DNA of 64,000 bases from an uncultured Fibrobacteria bacterium (GCA_963716395.1 OY970309.1:2144001-2208000); one strand, 5' to 3'. Shown: positions 1 to 10,223, counted from the first letter of the stretch. Notes: a model not told the origin generated them from the letters alone. A program made the numbers and translations.

Positions 1-50
1 GCGGCCGCTTCCGGCTCCAGCAATAGCAGGGTTTTGGATTCAAGGCTCAC
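1..50 (-). CDS. 5' end of a gene running off the left edge, possibly a receiver-domain protein
   Basis: Minus-strand GTG at 50 with GGAG upstream; reads MSLESKTLLLLEPEAA, like the first beta-strand of a REC domain. Only 16 codons are visible. Confidence 0.3.
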   Translation of the reverse strand, partial: MSLESKTLLLLEPEAA

Positions 51-257
51 GGACGGCGGAGTCTCCTGGCCGGATGGCGGCGGGAATTCGACTTCCGTCC
101 TAAAGTAATTTTTCCCTCCCTTTCCGCCCGAGTCGGATTGACCTTGTTTTCCGGGATTCGGTGACTTTTTGACCTTGGGAGCGATTGAATTCGGCGGGCT
201 TTGCCTTTCGGTGTTCGGGCATGCCATCATGGAGTGGGGCCCCGGGCCCGCTCGGCT

Positions 258-716
258 ATGAAACGGTTCCGCTTTCACCTGCAATCCCTGCTCAAATTGC
301 GGCGCTTCCAAGAAGAAGCCGCGCAACGCGCCTTGGGCGAAGCGCTGCGTCAGGCGCAGGCCCAGCGCGACGGAATCCGGGAGTTGGAAGACGAACGCGC
401 CGAGATGTTGAACACCGCGACGGAACAGGAGTCATTCCTTCCCGCGGAACGTCAGCGCCTGTCGCTGTATGTGGGCGATTTGGACCGGCGCCTGCGCGCG
501 GCCCGGGAAAATTTGCTGGCCCTGGAAAGCGTGGTGGCGCAGAAGCGCGAAGCCTTGCAAACCGCTTCCAAAGCGCGCAAGGCGCTGGAAAAATTGCGCG
601 ATCGGCGGCGCGAAACCTTCGCGGAAGAGCGTCGGCGCCGCGATTACGCCAATGTCGACGAGGCCGTGCTCCAACGCTTCGGCCGGGATACTGCGATGGA
701 AGCGTCCGGTTCTTAG
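258..716 (+). CDS. fliJ: Flagellar export protein FliJ
   Basis: N-terminus MKRFRFHLQSLLKLR, long coiled coil, C-terminal KALEKLRDRR...VDE pattern; 152 aa. Confidence 0.85.
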   Translation: MKRFRFHLQSLLKLRRFQEEAAQRALGEALRQAQAQRDGIRELEDERAEMLNTATEQESFLPAERQRLSLYVGDLDRRLRAARENLLALESVVAQKREALQTASKARKALEKLRDRRRETFAEERRRRDYANVDEAVLQRFGRDTAMEASGS

Positions 717-812
717 CTTATCTCCGCTTCGCGTTTTCGTCCGTTCATAATATGTTTTAGCGCCGGTGGTGGCGTCGGGCCGGAATCTCCGGCGCCTGGG
801 AAGGATTCCGAC

Positions 813-1298
813 ATGGCGGATTTCAGTCCGGCGATCGCGAAGACCCTGGCGCGCGAAGGTGGCGCCCGCTTCACCGATAATCCGGATGACCGCGGGGGCG
901 CCACCAAATACGGGTTGTCGCAGCGCGCCTACCCGAATCTCGACATCCGCAATCTCACCGAAGCCCAGGCGCGCGACCTCTACAAACGCGATTACTGGGA
1001 TCGCCTGGGCGGCGATCAAATCGCGGATCAATCCGTGGCCGAGAACCTGTTCGACACCGGCGTGAACATGGGCGTGCGCACGGCCTGCCGCCTGGCGCAG
1101 CTATGCCTCAACCTTCCGGCCGACGGCGTCTGCGGCGCGCAAACCTTGCAGGTTCTGAACGCAGCCGACCCGCGCCTTTTTCTGGCCAATTACACCGTGG
1201 GAAAAATCGCGCGCTATGCGGGCATTTGCAATCAAGACAAATCCCAGTCGAAGTTTCTGCTGGGTTGGCTCAACCGCGCTTTGGGGGCGAACGCATGA
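813..1298 (+). CDS. GH108 N-acetylmuramidase (endolysin-like) with C-terminal peptidoglycan-binding segment
   Basis: EGG catalytic motif, DDRGGATKYG, YKRDYW, FDTGVNMG, ADGVCG, FLLGWLNR. Confidence 0.9.
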   Translation: MADFSPAIAKTLAREGGARFTDNPDDRGGATKYGLSQRAYPNLDIRNLTEAQARDLYKRDYWDRLGGDQIADQSVAENLFDTGVNMGVRTACRLAQLCLNLPADGVCGAQTLQVLNAADPRLFLANYTVGKIARYAGICNQDKSQSKFLLGWLNRALGANA

Positions 1299-1738
1299 AC
1301 ACCTTGGATTGGCTGGCCAAAAGCGCCGACGTCGTGAACGAAACCGGCAAAGTTTTGGAAAATTTACCGCGCACCGACGAGGATCGCGCCGAGGCCGACG
1401 CCGAAACCGGCAAGGCCGAACGGGAGTACGACTTGCAAACGGCCAAGATGATTTCGGATCAGAACCTGGCACAGGCCGACGTCGACAAGACCGAAGCCGC
1501 CACCGGCAATTGGTTCATGGCCGGGTGGCGCCCGGCCATCGGCTGGATCGGCGCCTTGGCCCTGGCCTATCAATTCCTGCTCTACCCGCTGCTAACCTGG
1601 TTGCCGCTGAAAAAAGGCCCGCCGCCTCCGCTCGACTACACCATGCTGTATTCGCTCATCACCGGCATGCTGGGCATCGCGGGCCTGCGTTCTTTCGACA
1701 AGCTGAAAGGTACCGACACCAAATCCATCGGCGATTAA
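1295..1738 (+). CDS. Holin (3TM, GTA-release type)
   Basis: ATGA overlap with the GH108 stop; NWFMAGWRPAIGW, hydrophobic helices, GMLGIAGLRSFDKLKG. Confidence 0.85.
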   Translation: MNTLDWLAKSADVVNETGKVLENLPRTDEDRAEADAETGKAEREYDLQTAKMISDQNLAQADVDKTEAATGNWFMAGWRPAIGWIGALALAYQFLLYPLLTWLPLKKGPPPPLDYTMLYSLITGMLGIAGLRSFDKLKGTDTKSIGD

Positions 1739-1802
1739 CCATCGGAATTAAGCGCCCCGCGGCTGCCGGCAAGGGGCGATGGCCGAAGCCTATATTTCGT
1801 CA

Positions 1803-2156
1803 ATGCTCACCTTTTACGGATACAAGAAATGTTCCACCTGCCGCCGGGCCGAAAAAGCCTTGACCGGGGCCGGACGCAAATTCACCTTCGTCGACATCAC
1901 CGCAAAGCCGCCGTCTCAATCCGAACTGAAGCGCATCTGGGGGCAGACGGGATTGCCGCTGCGCAAGATTTTTAACACCAGCGGCGAGCAATACAAAACT
2001 TTGCGCATCAAAGACCGCCTCGACGGATTGAACGACGCGCAAGCCCTGGATCTCCTGGCCCAAAACGGCCGGTTGATCAAAAGGCCCCTGGTCACCGACG
2101 GCCGGCGCAGCACCGTGGGTTTCGATCCCGCGGCCTTTTCCGCCGTGTGGAAATGA
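1803..2156 (+). CDS. ArsC/Spx (YffB-like) family protein
   Basis: YGYKKCSTCRRA (CxxC), FNTSG, LIKRP, VGF motifs. Confidence 0.88.
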   Translation: MLTFYGYKKCSTCRRAEKALTGAGRKFTFVDITAKPPSQSELKRIWGQTGLPLRKIFNTSGEQYKTLRIKDRLDGLNDAQALDLLAQNGRLIKRPLVTDGRRSTVGFDPAAFSAVWK

Positions 2157-2163
2157 GGCCGCG

Positions 2164-3450
2164 GTGACGACGGCGACCGAACGTTCTTCCAAACTCGACG
2201 CGGCCTTGCCTCCGGCCTGGCGCGATGCGTTGCGCCCCGAGGATTGGGAAGCCTTGCGGCGTCTGGAAAGCGCCGGGCGTTTTTCTTTTCAGCAATTGCG
2301 CGAAACCGCGGCGTGGCTGCTCGATGCGCGCATGTGGGGCGACGAGAATATTCCCGCGCTGGCACGCCGCTTGGCGGCCGAAGGCGACGCGGGCCATGGG
2401 CCTTCCTGGCGCGACCGCGCTTTCACCGGTTTACGCCGGACGCATGCCGCCGCCGCCGCGCAACCCAAACGTTACCCCGGCGTTCCCGCCGCCGAAAACC
2501 CGCCCGCGGCCCGGTTCGAGGAAAAAGAGCTGCAAGGCCGCGTGTTCAAGCTGTGCCCCGCCGCCTCGGAGCGCGCGGTGTGCTGCAATCTGCATGTGAT
2601 CAACGTGGTGGAAAACTGCGCCTCGGCCTGCTCGTATTGCGTGCTGCAAACGCATTACGCCGATGCGCGCGTGGCCGTGCCCGTCAACCTCAAGGCCAAG
2701 CTGGCTGAAATTAGACTGAACCCGGATCGGCGCTACCGCATCAGCACCGGAGAATATTCCGATTCGCTGCTGTACGGCAACCGCAACGGCATTCTCGCCG
2801 ACCTGTGCGCCTTTGCAGCCGACCACCCCAATGCCGTGATCGAATTCAAAACCAAGTCGGCCAACGTGGCCTGGCTGCTCGACCACCCCGTGCCCGCCAA
2901 CGTGTGTTGTTCGTGGTCGCTCAACCCGCAAACCGTCATCGATGCCGAAGAGCACCGCACGGCGTCGCTGGTGCATCGCTTGGACGCGGCGCGGGCCGTG
3001 GCCGATCGCGGCCTGCGCGTGGGCTTCCACCTGCATCCCATGTTGTGGTACGAGGGCGGCGACGCCGAGTACGCGGCGCTTATTGCCGAACTGATTCGCC
3101 GCTTCGACCCCGGCGAGGTGCTGTGGGTTTCCTTGGGCACCGTGACCTTGCTCAAGGAATTTCTGTCCGCCTTCCGGGGCAAATACCGGCATTCCCAATT
3201 GCTGCAAATGGAGTTCGAGACCACGCCCGATGGCAAGCTGACCTATCCCTTCGCGGTGCGCGCCGACCTGTATCGCCGGGCCCTGAAGGCGCTTTGGCCC
3301 TGGCGCGATCGCGTGTTTCAATACCTGTGCATGGAACACAAGCCCATGTGGGAGGCGCTGTTCGGCTTCGCCTATCCCAGTATGCGCGCTTTCGACGACA
3401 CTTTCAACGACTCGGTGTTCGACAAGCTGGCGCGGCCCTCTCCGGCCTGA
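2164..3450 (+). CDS. Spore photoproduct lyase (SplB)-like radical SAM protein
   Basis: NCASACSYCVLQ (CxxxCxxC), GEYSDSL, EFKTKS, WSLNP, RLDAA, GFHLHP. Confidence 0.8.
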   Translation: MTTATERSSKLDAALPPAWRDALRPEDWEALRRLESAGRFSFQQLRETAAWLLDARMWGDENIPALARRLAAEGDAGHGPSWRDRAFTGLRRTHAAAAAQPKRYPGVPAAENPPAARFEEKELQGRVFKLCPAASERAVCCNLHVINVVENCASACSYCVLQTHYADARVAVPVNLKAKLAEIRLNPDRRYRISTGEYSDSLLYGNRNGILADLCAFAADHPNAVIEFKTKSANVAWLLDHPVPANVCCSWSLNPQTVIDAEEHRTASLVHRLDAARAVADRGLRVGFHLHPMLWYEGGDAEYAALIAELIRRFDPGEVLWVSLGTVTLLKEFLSAFRGKYRHSQLLQMEFETTPDGKLTYPFAVRADLYRRALKALWPWRDRVFQYLCMEHKPMWEALFGFAYPSMRAFDDTFNDSVFDKLARPSPA

Positions 3451-3471
3451 GCTTGGTGCGCGGCCGTTGTT

Positions 3472-3789
3472 TCAGGCCTTACGGCCTTCGGGATCGATTT
3501 CATTCAGCCAGGAGAGAATTCCGCCGGCGACGTTGTACCCGTTTTGATAGCCCTGCTTTTTCAAAAACTCCAAGGCTGTTCGTGAACGCCGGCCGGATCG
3601 GCAATACAGATACACCGGAACGTCGCGAGGCACTTCTTGCCAACGGCGATCGAATTCGCTGAGGGGAATGAGGCGGCCCGAAAGATTCACCTCGTCGAAT
3701 TCCTCCTGTTCGCGCACGTCGACGAGCACGACCGCAGGGTCATTTTCCAGGATATCGCTCAATTCCTGTACCGAAATTTCGTCTTGCAT
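3472..3789 (-). CDS. Single-domain rhodanese
   Basis: LVDVRE..EF, YCRSGRRS active-site loop, NVAGGILSW. Confidence 0.9.
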   Translation of the reverse strand: MQDEISVQELSDILENDPAVVLVDVREQEEFDEVNLSGRLIPLSEFDRRWQEVPRDVPVYLYCRSGRRSRTALEFLKKQGYQNGYNVAGGILSWLNEIDPEGRKA

Positions 3790-3864
3790 GCTTTCTTCCC
3801 CGTTTTCGCCATGGCGGTATCATCCGCAATGCTGCAAAATACATCCGGGACCGGGCGAACAGAG

Positions 3865-3893
3865 TTGAAATCCCGGCCCGGGTGAATTAACTT
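3865..3893 (+). promoter_or_regulatory. Sigma70-type promoter of rpsD
   Basis: TTGAAA-N17-TAACTT ending 38 bp before the ATG; AAGGA ribosome-binding site at 3921. Confidence 0.5.
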
Positions 3894-3931
3894 CTGGTGC
3901 CTTTAAAACGCGGTTTTTTCAAGGATTGCTT

Positions 3932-4537
3932 ATGCCGGCAGCAGCCAAGGTCAAGATTTCACGAGCGCTGGGATTGGCGCTGACGCCCAAAGCGGCGCGC
4001 ATCATGGAACGCCGTTCCTTCACGCCCGGCCAGCACGGCCTGGCGCGCAAAAAGAGCCCCACGACCTACAAGATTCAGTTGCTGGAAAAACAGCGGCTGC
4101 GTTCGATGTACAACGTGTCCGAGAAGCAATTGCGCCATTACTACGAACGGGCGACGCACAGCCATGAATCCACGGGCACGGCTTTGCTGGTCTTTCTCGA
4201 AACCCGCGTCGACGCCGCCATTTTCCGCATGGGCTTCGCCCGCACCGTGTATGCGGCGCGCCAGTACATCGCCCACGGCCATTTCAGCGTGAACGGCCGG
4301 CGGGTGCATACACCCAGCCATCCGCTCAAGGTGGGCGACGTGATTTCCGTGAATGAGAAGTCGAAGAGCCACGTACAAATCATCGAGGCCATGACCCAGT
4401 CGGGCAGCGTGGTGGTACCGGAGTATTACGAAATCAACAAGGTCAAAATGGAAGGGCGTCTCATCGCCCGCCCCTTGCGCGATCAGATTCCGGTCAAGCT
4501 GGTGGAACAGCACGTGGTCGAATTTTATTCCAAGTAA
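3932..4537 (+). CDS. rpsD: 30S ribosomal protein S4, stand-alone and cysteine-free
   Basis: SRALGLALTPKA, PGQHG, QLLEKQRLR, LETRVD, ARQYIAHGH..VNG, VVEFYSK. Confidence 0.95.
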   Translation: MPAAAKVKISRALGLALTPKAARIMERRSFTPGQHGLARKKSPTTYKIQLLEKQRLRSMYNVSEKQLRHYYERATHSHESTGTALLVFLETRVDAAIFRMGFARTVYAARQYIAHGHFSVNGRRVHTPSHPLKVGDVISVNEKSKSHVQIIEAMTQSGSVVVPEYYEINKVKMEGRLIARPLRDQIPVKLVEQHVVEFYSK

Positions 4538-4563
4538 TTCCTCCGCTTCGCCCCGCAAAACCC

Positions 4564-4585
4564 GCCCCGGCCGTCGTGCCGGGGT
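4564..4585. terminator. GC hairpin between convergent rpsD and fur
   Basis: GCCCCGGC-cgtcgt-GCCGGGGT stem-loop. Confidence 0.45.
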
Positions 4586-4637
4586 CTCGCAATAGTCTTT
4601 TCTCATGAACGACCGCCGCTTAAAAGCGGTGGCTGGC

Positions 4638-5096
4638 TCAGCCGCGCTTGGCGTGGCGCTGGACGAAATCGCCGAATACCTGAATCTTGTAGCGCTTGAT
4701 CGAGAAGTTTTCGCGGTCGGCCAATTCCTGCAAAGCGCTTTCAAGCTTGGCGCTGGCCACCTCTTTCACCTCATCGGTTTGTTGGCCGATGAGATGCACA
4801 TGCGGCTTGCGGCCCAAATCGATTTCGTAATGCGTGTGGCCGTGTCCGAAATCCGACTCCGACAGCACGCCGGCCGCGACCAGATGGTTCAACGTGCGGT
4901 ATAAGGTGGCGCGCGATACATGGATGCCGGTGCGCTGCATTTCGTACAGCAATTCGTCGGCGCTGAAATGCGCGGGCTGGGTGAGCACGAATTCGAGCAG
5001 GGCCGTGCGCTCTTTGGTCAACAGCATTTTGTTCCGCCGCAGGAACTCCCGATAGCGGATGCTGGCGTCGGCCAGCCGCTCGCGCGCCGTGGTCAT
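4638..5096 (-). CDS. Fur-family transcriptional regulator lacking CxxC motifs
   Basis: TKER, HFSADEL, VSRATLYRTL, HYE, HVHL; no cysteines. Confidence 0.88.
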   Translation of the reverse strand: MTTARERLADASIRYREFLRRNKMLLTKERTALLEFVLTQPAHFSADELLYEMQRTGIHVSRATLYRTLNHLVAAGVLSESDFGHGHTHYEIDLGRKPHVHLIGQQTDEVKEVASAKLESALQELADRENFSIKRYKIQVFGDFVQRHAKRG

Positions 5097-5123
5097 GGCT
5101 GTTTAAGGTAGGAAGGGGTGAAG

Positions 5124-7478
5124 TCAACCGCCAGGGGGCGGCAGAAAGGCGAACAACACCACGCCGGCGCATTTTCCCCGGCGTGATTCCAGGTATTCTT
5201 TGAAATCCTGCGTGACGACCCTCCCCTTCAATTCGCTGGCATGCCGCAACAAAGGCGGTCCGCCGGCAGGCGCATCGATGAAACCGGTGTGGGTGACGTC
5301 GAGACCGGGTAGGTTCGTGACGAACGCTACGCCCAGAAATTGATCGCCCAGGGTCCAATGGGCCGCGAGTTGCAGCGCCCGGTCATAGGGCAGATAGCGC
5401 AGATCGATTTGGGGATCGGCCGGCAGCGGGGGCAGCCCATGCGCCGCGAAGAGTTTGTTTTTGAACAGGGTCTTATGCACCACCGTATCGCCGGGCAAGG
5501 TCAAGACCCGGAACCATTGCGGATTGCGGTCGAGCCAGTCGCCCACGAAGAAGTGATTGCGCGTGGCAAAGCTGACCGTGTCGCCGTGGTAGCGGATGGG
5601 CAGGATGGCGGGGATCAGGTCGGCGGCCTGGTGCGCGCGGGCCAGGGCGATATCCGATTCGAGATAGGTGACGCAGTCGAACCGGTCGAAGTCGAGAATG
5701 GGTTTGGGATCGATGGCGCCGAAGCGACCTTCGCCCGTGGGCCCGAGAAAATACGGCGTGCCTTCGAGAGCGCGGGAAAAGTAGCGCAGCCGGGCGGTGT
5801 AATCCGTCGGGGCGTCGGAGCGCTGGAGCAGTTTGTAGGCCACCGCCTCCGCCGGCCGTTCCTTGTTGTACCAGCGGGTGATATGCGCGAACAGGCTGTC
5901 CATCAGATTCGCGGCGGCCTCCGGCGAGCCGCGGTAATCGTTGAGCATGGCCGCGGCCGCGAGGGTGTCGCCGTCGATGCCGAAGATGTAGCCACACAGA
6001 CCGCTTACGCGGGTGATGGTTCCGGTTTTATAACGCACCAGGTCTTCGTCGGAGAACAAACGCAGGCGCCGCCCTGTGACGCCGTCGACGCCGGGCTGGG
6101 CCAGCGAGGCCACATAGTCGCGGCCGAAGGGGCGGCGCGCCATGCGGCTCAGCAGCAGGGCCATGGCGCGGGGTTTGACCCGATCGTCATGCGACAGGCC
6201 GCACCCGTCGTGCAGATCGAAATCCGCGGTATCGATGCCCAGGCGCGTGAGAAAAGCGCGCTCGGCGCGCAAGCCCGCTTCGGCGCTGCCTACGCCGTAA
6301 ACTCGTTTGCCCAGATGGCGTAACAGCAATTCGGCGTGCAGATTCTGGCTGCGCTGGTTGGCCTCTTCCACCAGGGCGATGAGTGGCGCCGTGGTGAGCC
6401 GGTAGGTCTTGAGCAGCGGCATCGAGGAATCCGCCGTCGTATCGGGAAGAAAGGCGACGCCGCCGGCATTCAATGCCTGCAGGAAGGCGGCCCGGAAATA
6501 CCGGGGCGGATCGCGCACCGGCAACACCCAGGAGCGTCCGGGACTGCGCAGCCCGACATGGCCGCTCACCGTGACCACGGTGGAATCCTCGCGCTGATAG
6601 AGGCCCAGGCGGCTTCTCCCGCCGCCGCGGGTACGGGCTTTGTCGATGACCCGCACATAGCCCACGTCGGGGACCACCTGCACTGCGGCCGGCTGCCCGA
6701 TCTTTTCTGCCGGCGTGACGCTGAGCACATAGCAATTGTCGTTGAACGACAGGGCCGACACCTCGGCGCCGTACCAGGTGTCGAAGTGATGCGGCAGCCA
6801 GGCTGCGGGCCGGTGCGGGCCGGTGAAAAAGCTGTCCGAAACCTCGACCCGCCCGCGCACCGTGTCGATGCCGGCCTGCCGCAGCGAATCGACCCAGGTC
6901 CGCAACGGTTGCAGGGCGTCGGGGAAGAAACGGTCGGAAATGTTGGGGTCGCCGCCGCCGATCACGCGCAGCAGGCCGCGCAGGGTTTTTCCCGACACCG
7001 TGCCCGACACTTCCAAGGTGGTGGCGGGAGCGTAATTGACGGGAAAGGTGTCGAGCACGGCCGCCGTGACCAAGAGCTTGAGACAGGACGCCGGCGTGAA
7101 CCAGTCGGTGTCGTTCCACTCGGCTTCGAAGCGCTGAAAGCGGAGCGAATACACGGCCAGGCCCACGCGTCCGCGCACGCGGCTGTGTTTGACCTTGTCT
7201 TGCAGGTCGCGCAAAAGCAGGGGCGACGGCTCGGTATGCCAGTTTTGCGGCCAAGGGATGGCGGCGGCCGATGGGATCGAGGCAGTCGCCGAGGTCGAGG
7301 TGGTGGAAGTATCCGCGCCGGAGGAGTCGGCCGCGGGCGATGCCTTTCCCGTCGAATCCTGCGCGGCCGAATCTTTGGCTGCGGGTTGGGCGCGGCAGGC
7401 CGAGCCGATGAGGCACAGCGCCCAGAAGCAACGCAAGCAAAGTCGGCCTCGGGCCGAAGCGACGGCGGCGGGATTCAT
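5124..7478 (-). CDS. dacB: Secreted D-Ala-D-Ala carboxypeptidase/endopeptidase (PBP4, peptidase S13) fused to a DUF1460 amidase-like domain
   Basis: ATG overlaps the aroA stop; signal peptide; PASCLK (SxxK), GGGDP, SQN, HDGCGLS, KTG; then GTPY, FDCVTYLE, RNHFF, THTG, HAS (DUF1460/NlpC-P60-like). Confidence 0.88.
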   Translation of the reverse strand: MNPAAVASARGRLCLRCFWALCLIGSACRAQPAAKDSAAQDSTGKASPAADSSGADTSTTSTSATASIPSAAAIPWPQNWHTEPSPLLLRDLQDKVKHSRVRGRVGLAVYSLRFQRFEAEWNDTDWFTPASCLKLLVTAAVLDTFPVNYAPATTLEVSGTVSGKTLRGLLRVIGGGDPNISDRFFPDALQPLRTWVDSLRQAGIDTVRGRVEVSDSFFTGPHRPAAWLPHHFDTWYGAEVSALSFNDNCYVLSVTPAEKIGQPAAVQVVPDVGYVRVIDKARTRGGGRSRLGLYQREDSTVVTVSGHVGLRSPGRSWVLPVRDPPRYFRAAFLQALNAGGVAFLPDTTADSSMPLLKTYRLTTAPLIALVEEANQRSQNLHAELLLRHLGKRVYGVGSAEAGLRAERAFLTRLGIDTADFDLHDGCGLSHDDRVKPRAMALLLSRMARRPFGRDYVASLAQPGVDGVTGRRLRLFSDEDLVRYKTGTITRVSGLCGYIFGIDGDTLAAAAMLNDYRGSPEAAANLMDSLFAHITRWYNKERPAEAVAYKLLQRSDAPTDYTARLRYFSRALEGTPYFLGPTGEGRFGAIDPKPILDFDRFDCVTYLESDIALARAHQAADLIPAILPIRYHGDTVSFATRNHFFVGDWLDRNPQWFRVLTLPGDTVVHKTLFKNKLFAAHGLPPLPADPQIDLRYLPYDRALQLAAHWTLGDQFLGVAFVTNLPGLDVTHTGFIDAPAGGPPLLRHASELKGRVVTQDFKEYLESRRGKCAGVVLFAFLPPPGG

Positions 7479-8773
7479 ACCGGCGCCACAGTTGCGAAGT
7501 CGCGGAAAAATCCCGGATAGGTTTTGCGCACGCAGCCGGGGTTGCGCAGGGTGACGGGAACTCCGCCGAAGGCCGCCAACGCAAAACACATGGCCATGCG
7601 GTGGTCGTCGTAGGTCTCGATTTCGGCCGGCCGCAGCGTTTCCGGCGGCCGGATGATGAGGCCGTCTGCGTTCTCGTCCACCGCCGCGCCGACCTTGCGC
7701 AGCTCGGCGGCCATGGCCGCCAACCGGTCGGTTTCCTTGTGCCGCCAGTTGGCGACGCCGCGGATCACGGTGGGGCCTTGGGCGAAAAGGGCGGTCACCG
7801 CCAAGGTCATGCCCGTGTCCGACATGGAGTCCATATCGGCGTCGATGCCTTGCAGCTTTCCCGCCGGCGCCCGCACCGTCACGCCGGAGGAGCCGTACTC
7901 CACGCCGGCGCCCATGCGGCGCAGCACTTCGGCAAAACCGATTTCGCCCTGCGCCGAATCGCGCCCGAGGCCCGCCACCGTTACCGGCCCGCCGCCGATG
8001 GCGCCCGCCGCCAGGAAATACGAGGCCGACGAGGCGTCGGGCTCGACGGCGAAGGTTCCGGGTGAGGCGTACCCGGCCGGCTTTTCTACTGCAAAGCGGT
8101 GCGGGCCGTCGACCGCAAGGCGCGACCCGAAGGCGCGCATGATGCCCACGGTGAGATCCACGTAGGGCGCCGACGCCAGGGTTCCCGCGACCTCGATTGC
8201 GGCGGCCCGCCGGCACAGCGGCAGCGCCAGCAGCAAGCCGGTAGTGAATTGGCTCGACACATCGCCGCGGATGCGCGCGCTGCCGCCTTCCAGCCCTTGC
8301 GCCGTAAGGCGCAGCGGCAGGAAGCCCGCACGGTGTTCATAATCGAACCGGGTTTGCGGGGCGGCCAGTTGGCGCAGCGCCTCCACCAAATCCCCGAGGG
8401 GGCGCTCGCGCATGCGCGCTACTCCGTCGAGCCGGAAAACGCCATGACCCGCGGCCAGTAAGGCCGTGAGAAAGCGCGTCGCGGTTCCGGAATTCCCGAG
8501 AAACAGCGACACATCTGCGCCGGCAGGCGCCTGAAAGCCGCGGCCGATCCCCTCGATTTCAAGTTCGGATCCTTCGCCGTGCAGGCGGATGCCGAGGTGC
8601 GCCAGGGCCGTGCGCATCAGGTTTACGTCGTCACCGTCGGGCAAGTGCAAGAGGCGCGTGCGTCCCGCGGCCAGGGCCGCCAGGGGCAGCGCGCGGTTGG
8701 CGATGCTTTTCGATCCCGGCGGCCGCACCGTTCCGGCGGCCCGTTTGCGGGGGGGTAATACCAGGGTTTCCAT
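7475..8773 (-). CDS. aroA: 3-phosphoshikimate 1-carboxyvinyltransferase
   Basis: PGSKSIANR, LGNSGTATRF, RMRERP, VSSQF, KETDR, DDHRMAM, CVRKTYP. Confidence 0.97.
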   Translation of the reverse strand: METLVLPPRKRAAGTVRPPGSKSIANRALPLAALAAGRTRLLHLPDGDDVNLMRTALAHLGIRLHGEGSELEIEGIGRGFQAPAGADVSLFLGNSGTATRFLTALLAAGHGVFRLDGVARMRERPLGDLVEALRQLAAPQTRFDYEHRAGFLPLRLTAQGLEGGSARIRGDVSSQFTTGLLLALPLCRRAAAIEVAGTLASAPYVDLTVGIMRAFGSRLAVDGPHRFAVEKPAGYASPGTFAVEPDASSASYFLAAGAIGGGPVTVAGLGRDSAQGEIGFAEVLRRMGAGVEYGSSGVTVRAPAGKLQGIDADMDSMSDTGMTLAVTALFAQGPTVIRGVANWRHKETDRLAAMAAELRKVGAAVDENADGLIIRPPETLRPAEIETYDDHRMAMCFALAAFGGVPVTLRNPGCVRKTYPGFFRDFATVAPV

Positions 8774-8792
8774 CTACCAGGAAACTTACAAG

Positions 8793-9472
<680 letters not shown>

Positions 9473-9476
<4 letters not shown>

Positions 9477-10219
9477 GGGCGCTCCAGCACGAAATGGAGC
9501 CGTTCGCTGCGGTCGGTGCCGGGTCGAAAGCCGAAACCCGCCAGACAGGCGCGCACGCGGAAGCCCGCGCGTTCCGCCCACCGTCGCAGCGCCGAGGCCG
9601 GGTAAATGCGCTGCTGATGCAGTTCCTCGCGTGTTACCGTGCTTCCGCCGCCGCCGGCATCGTTCAGGAAAAAGGTAAAGGCGTTGATCTGCAGGCGGGT
9701 TTTTTCCAGGTAGCGGCTGCGGCGCACATAGGCGCCGCCGGCCAGCTCTTCGGCGTCGACGCCGTCGGCGAAATGGCGCCGCGAGCATTGGGCGGTGGTG
9801 ACGTCGAAGACGAACAGGCCTCCCGGACGCAGCACGGCTTTGGCCTGGCGCAGCGTCCGCAGCACCTCTTCGCCGCGGAGCAGATAGTTCAAACTGTCGT
9901 ACAGCATGAGCAGCAAATCGAAAGGCCCGCGCACCGCCAGCGCCCGCGCATCGAAAGCCGCGCGCCGGGCCGGAGCCGCGGCGGCCCGCAACATGGCCGG
10001 GCTGCAATCCGAATGCAGCAGAAATGCGCCGGGAAACAGGGGCGGCGCCGCGAAAGGGCAGGTGCCCGCGGCCAATTCCAACACGCGCCGGGGCGGGGTG
10101 GCGCCGCCGAAGCGGTGCCACAAGGTGCGCACATGCCGGGCCCAGGCGTCGTAATCGACATGCGCCATGATGCGATCATAAAAGGGGGCCATGGCTTGGT
10201 ACGGCGCGGCGCCGGCCAT
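9473..10219 (-). CDS. Class I SAM-dependent methyltransferase
   Basis: FYDRIMAHVDY, VLELAAGT, DSLNYL, LRPGGLFVFDV. Confidence 0.85.
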
Positions 10220-10223
10220 GAGG

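Noticed and set aside
813-1738. Prophage
   Set aside because: No integrase, terminase, capsid or tail genes; flanks are host genes.
7479-8216. N-terminal extension of the 1030-aa dacB ORF
   Set aside because: Out-of-frame overlap with aroA; the signal peptide starts at ATG 7478.
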